From Candidatus Saganbacteria bacterium (GTDB lineage: Bacteria > Margulisbacteria > WOR-1 > JAKLHX01): a DNA stretch of 32,000 nucleotides. The notes below the pieces were generated by a model that saw only the letters and a list, made by a program, of their open reading frames with translations, had not been told where the DNA came from and searched no databases. The position numbers and the translations under genes are program-made. Positions 31,440 to 32,000 of this stretch are shown here, one piece after another. The stretch is from the NCBI GenBank assembly GCA_026387835.1, contig JAPLKZ010000011.1:86135-118134 (forward strand). Direction: 5' to 3'. Numbering within the stretch: position 1 is the first letter of the stretch; the number at the start of each line of letters is the position of its first letter.

Positions 31440-31444
31440 AGCCA

Positions 31445-31517
31445 GCCCGTGTAGCTCAGTTGGTAGAGCACGTCCTTGGTAAGGACGAGGTCATCGGTTC
31501 GATCCCGATCGCGGGCT
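31445..31517 (+). tRNA. tRNA-Thr (anticodon GGU)
   Basis: GCCCGTGTAGCTCAGTTGGTAGAGCACGTCCTTGGTAAGGACGAGGTCATCGGTTCGATCCCGATCGCGGGCT folds into a cloverleaf. Anticodon loop is TTGGTAA. A tRNA-Thr upstream of tuf is a common arrangement. Confidence 0.9.
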
Positions 31518-31537
31518 TATGGTGAACACTGTCGCTA

Positions 31538-31566
31538 TTGACGGAAAAATCACAGTATATTATAAT
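31538..31566 (+). promoter_or_regulatory. Candidate tuf promoter
   Basis: TTGACG (31538-31543) - 17 nt - TATAAT (31561-31566). AGGAGG at 31591-31596. Confidence 0.55.
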
Positions 31567-31604
31567 GAGATTTATCATAAAGAAAGATTGAGGAGGATAT
31601 AATT

Positions 31605-32000
31605 ATGGCAAGAGAAAAGTTCGAGAGAAAAAAGCCGCACGTAAATGTCGGGACGATAGGACACGTCGACCACGGGAAGACGACGCTGACTTCAGCGATC
31701 ACAAAGGTGCTGGCCGCCAAAGGCATGGCGAAAGCAAAAGCCTTTGACGAGATCGACAGTGCTCCCGAGGAAAAAGCAAGAGGTATCACGATCGCCATCG
31801 CTCACGTCGAATATGAGACCGAAAAAAGACACTATGCGCATATCGATTGCCCGGGCCACGCCGACTATGTAAAGAACATGGTGATCGGCGCTGCGCAGAT
31901 GGATGGCGCGATACTGGTAGTCAGCGCGGCTGACGGGCCTATGCCTCAGACAAGAGAGCATATCCTTCTTGCAAGACAGGTGAATGTGCCGAAGATCGTC
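31605..32000 (+). CDS. tuf: Elongation factor Tu, 5' 132 codons; runs off the right edge
   Basis: Not in ORF track (no stop). Hand translation: [37 protein letters not shown]...[12 protein letters not shown]... Confidence 0.95.
   Translation, partial: MAREKFERKKPHVNVGTIGHVDHGKTTLTSAITKVLAAKGMAKAKAFDEIDSAPEEKARGITIAIAHVEYETEKRHYAHIDCPGHADYVKNMVIGAAQMDGAILVVSAADGPMPQTREHILLARQVNVPKIV

Noticed and set aside
31342-31440. CRISPR-like or minisatellite array of TGACTAAT
   Set aside because: The units are 8 nt with no spacers of CRISPR size. They are arranged as an inverted repeat (hairpin) rather than a direct array, and no cas genes are present.
31550-31961. Two minus-strand ORFs (82 and 89 aa) at the right edge
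   Set aside because: They are antisense to the unmistakable EF-Tu coding sequence and its promoter/SD region.

Overview
This is a gene-dense bacterial chromosomal window with about 40 protein genes, 3 tRNAs and very short spacers. All product calls come from reading the translated ORFs for family motifs and from hand-scanning intergenic DNA. No database search or folding program was run.

Layout:
- Minus strand, 1-8400: (M15A-like)-xer-yceD-rpmF-plsX-fabH-[acyl-CoA dehydrogenase-etfB-etfA]-fabD-fabG.
- 8484-13501: metK (+), then a secreted phosphodiester-glycosidase-like protein and a short smc (both -).
- 13611-19999: an orphan multi-TM histidine kinase (+), a 75-aa orphan (-), and clpC-radA (+).
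- Minus strand, 20001-25675: rplU-rpmA-proB-proA-nadD-M16 peptidase-dapB-93-aa orphan.
- Plus strand, 25759-27389: infC-rpmI-rplT-BFN nuclease.
- 27400-29360: a visibly AT-richer accessory patch holding a SAM methyltransferase, two tandem tRNA-Val genes and a HEAT-repeat gene bracketed by a duplicated terminator.
- 29364-32000: an RRM RNA-binding protein (-), then yqeY, rlmN, tRNA-Thr and the 5' part of tuf (+).

Most noteworthy:
1. A bcd/etfB/etfA-type module, whose EtfA carries a fused 2x[4Fe-4S] ferredoxin domain, sits between fabH and fabD of the core FASII operon. Start/stop overlaps couple it to fabD, while a 100-nt structured spacer separates it from fabH. No conventional enoyl-ACP reductase is visible in the operon. 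It may be an Etf/ferredoxin-linked enoyl reductase for fatty-acid synthesis.
2. The 905-aa Smc has textbook head halves but no recognisable hinge.
3. A 52/53-nt direct repeat, which is a bidirectional terminator hairpin, flanks the HEAT-repeat gene like a cassette next to the tRNA-Val pair.
4. Extended -10 boxes (TGnTATAAT/TAAAAT) recur 6-9 nt upstream of start codons that lack a Shine-Dalgarno sequence. This implies several leaderless mRNAs. Two divergent promoter pairs are also interleaved.
5. infC appears to start at a non-canonical ATA.

No CRISPR array, transposase or prophage gene was seen.
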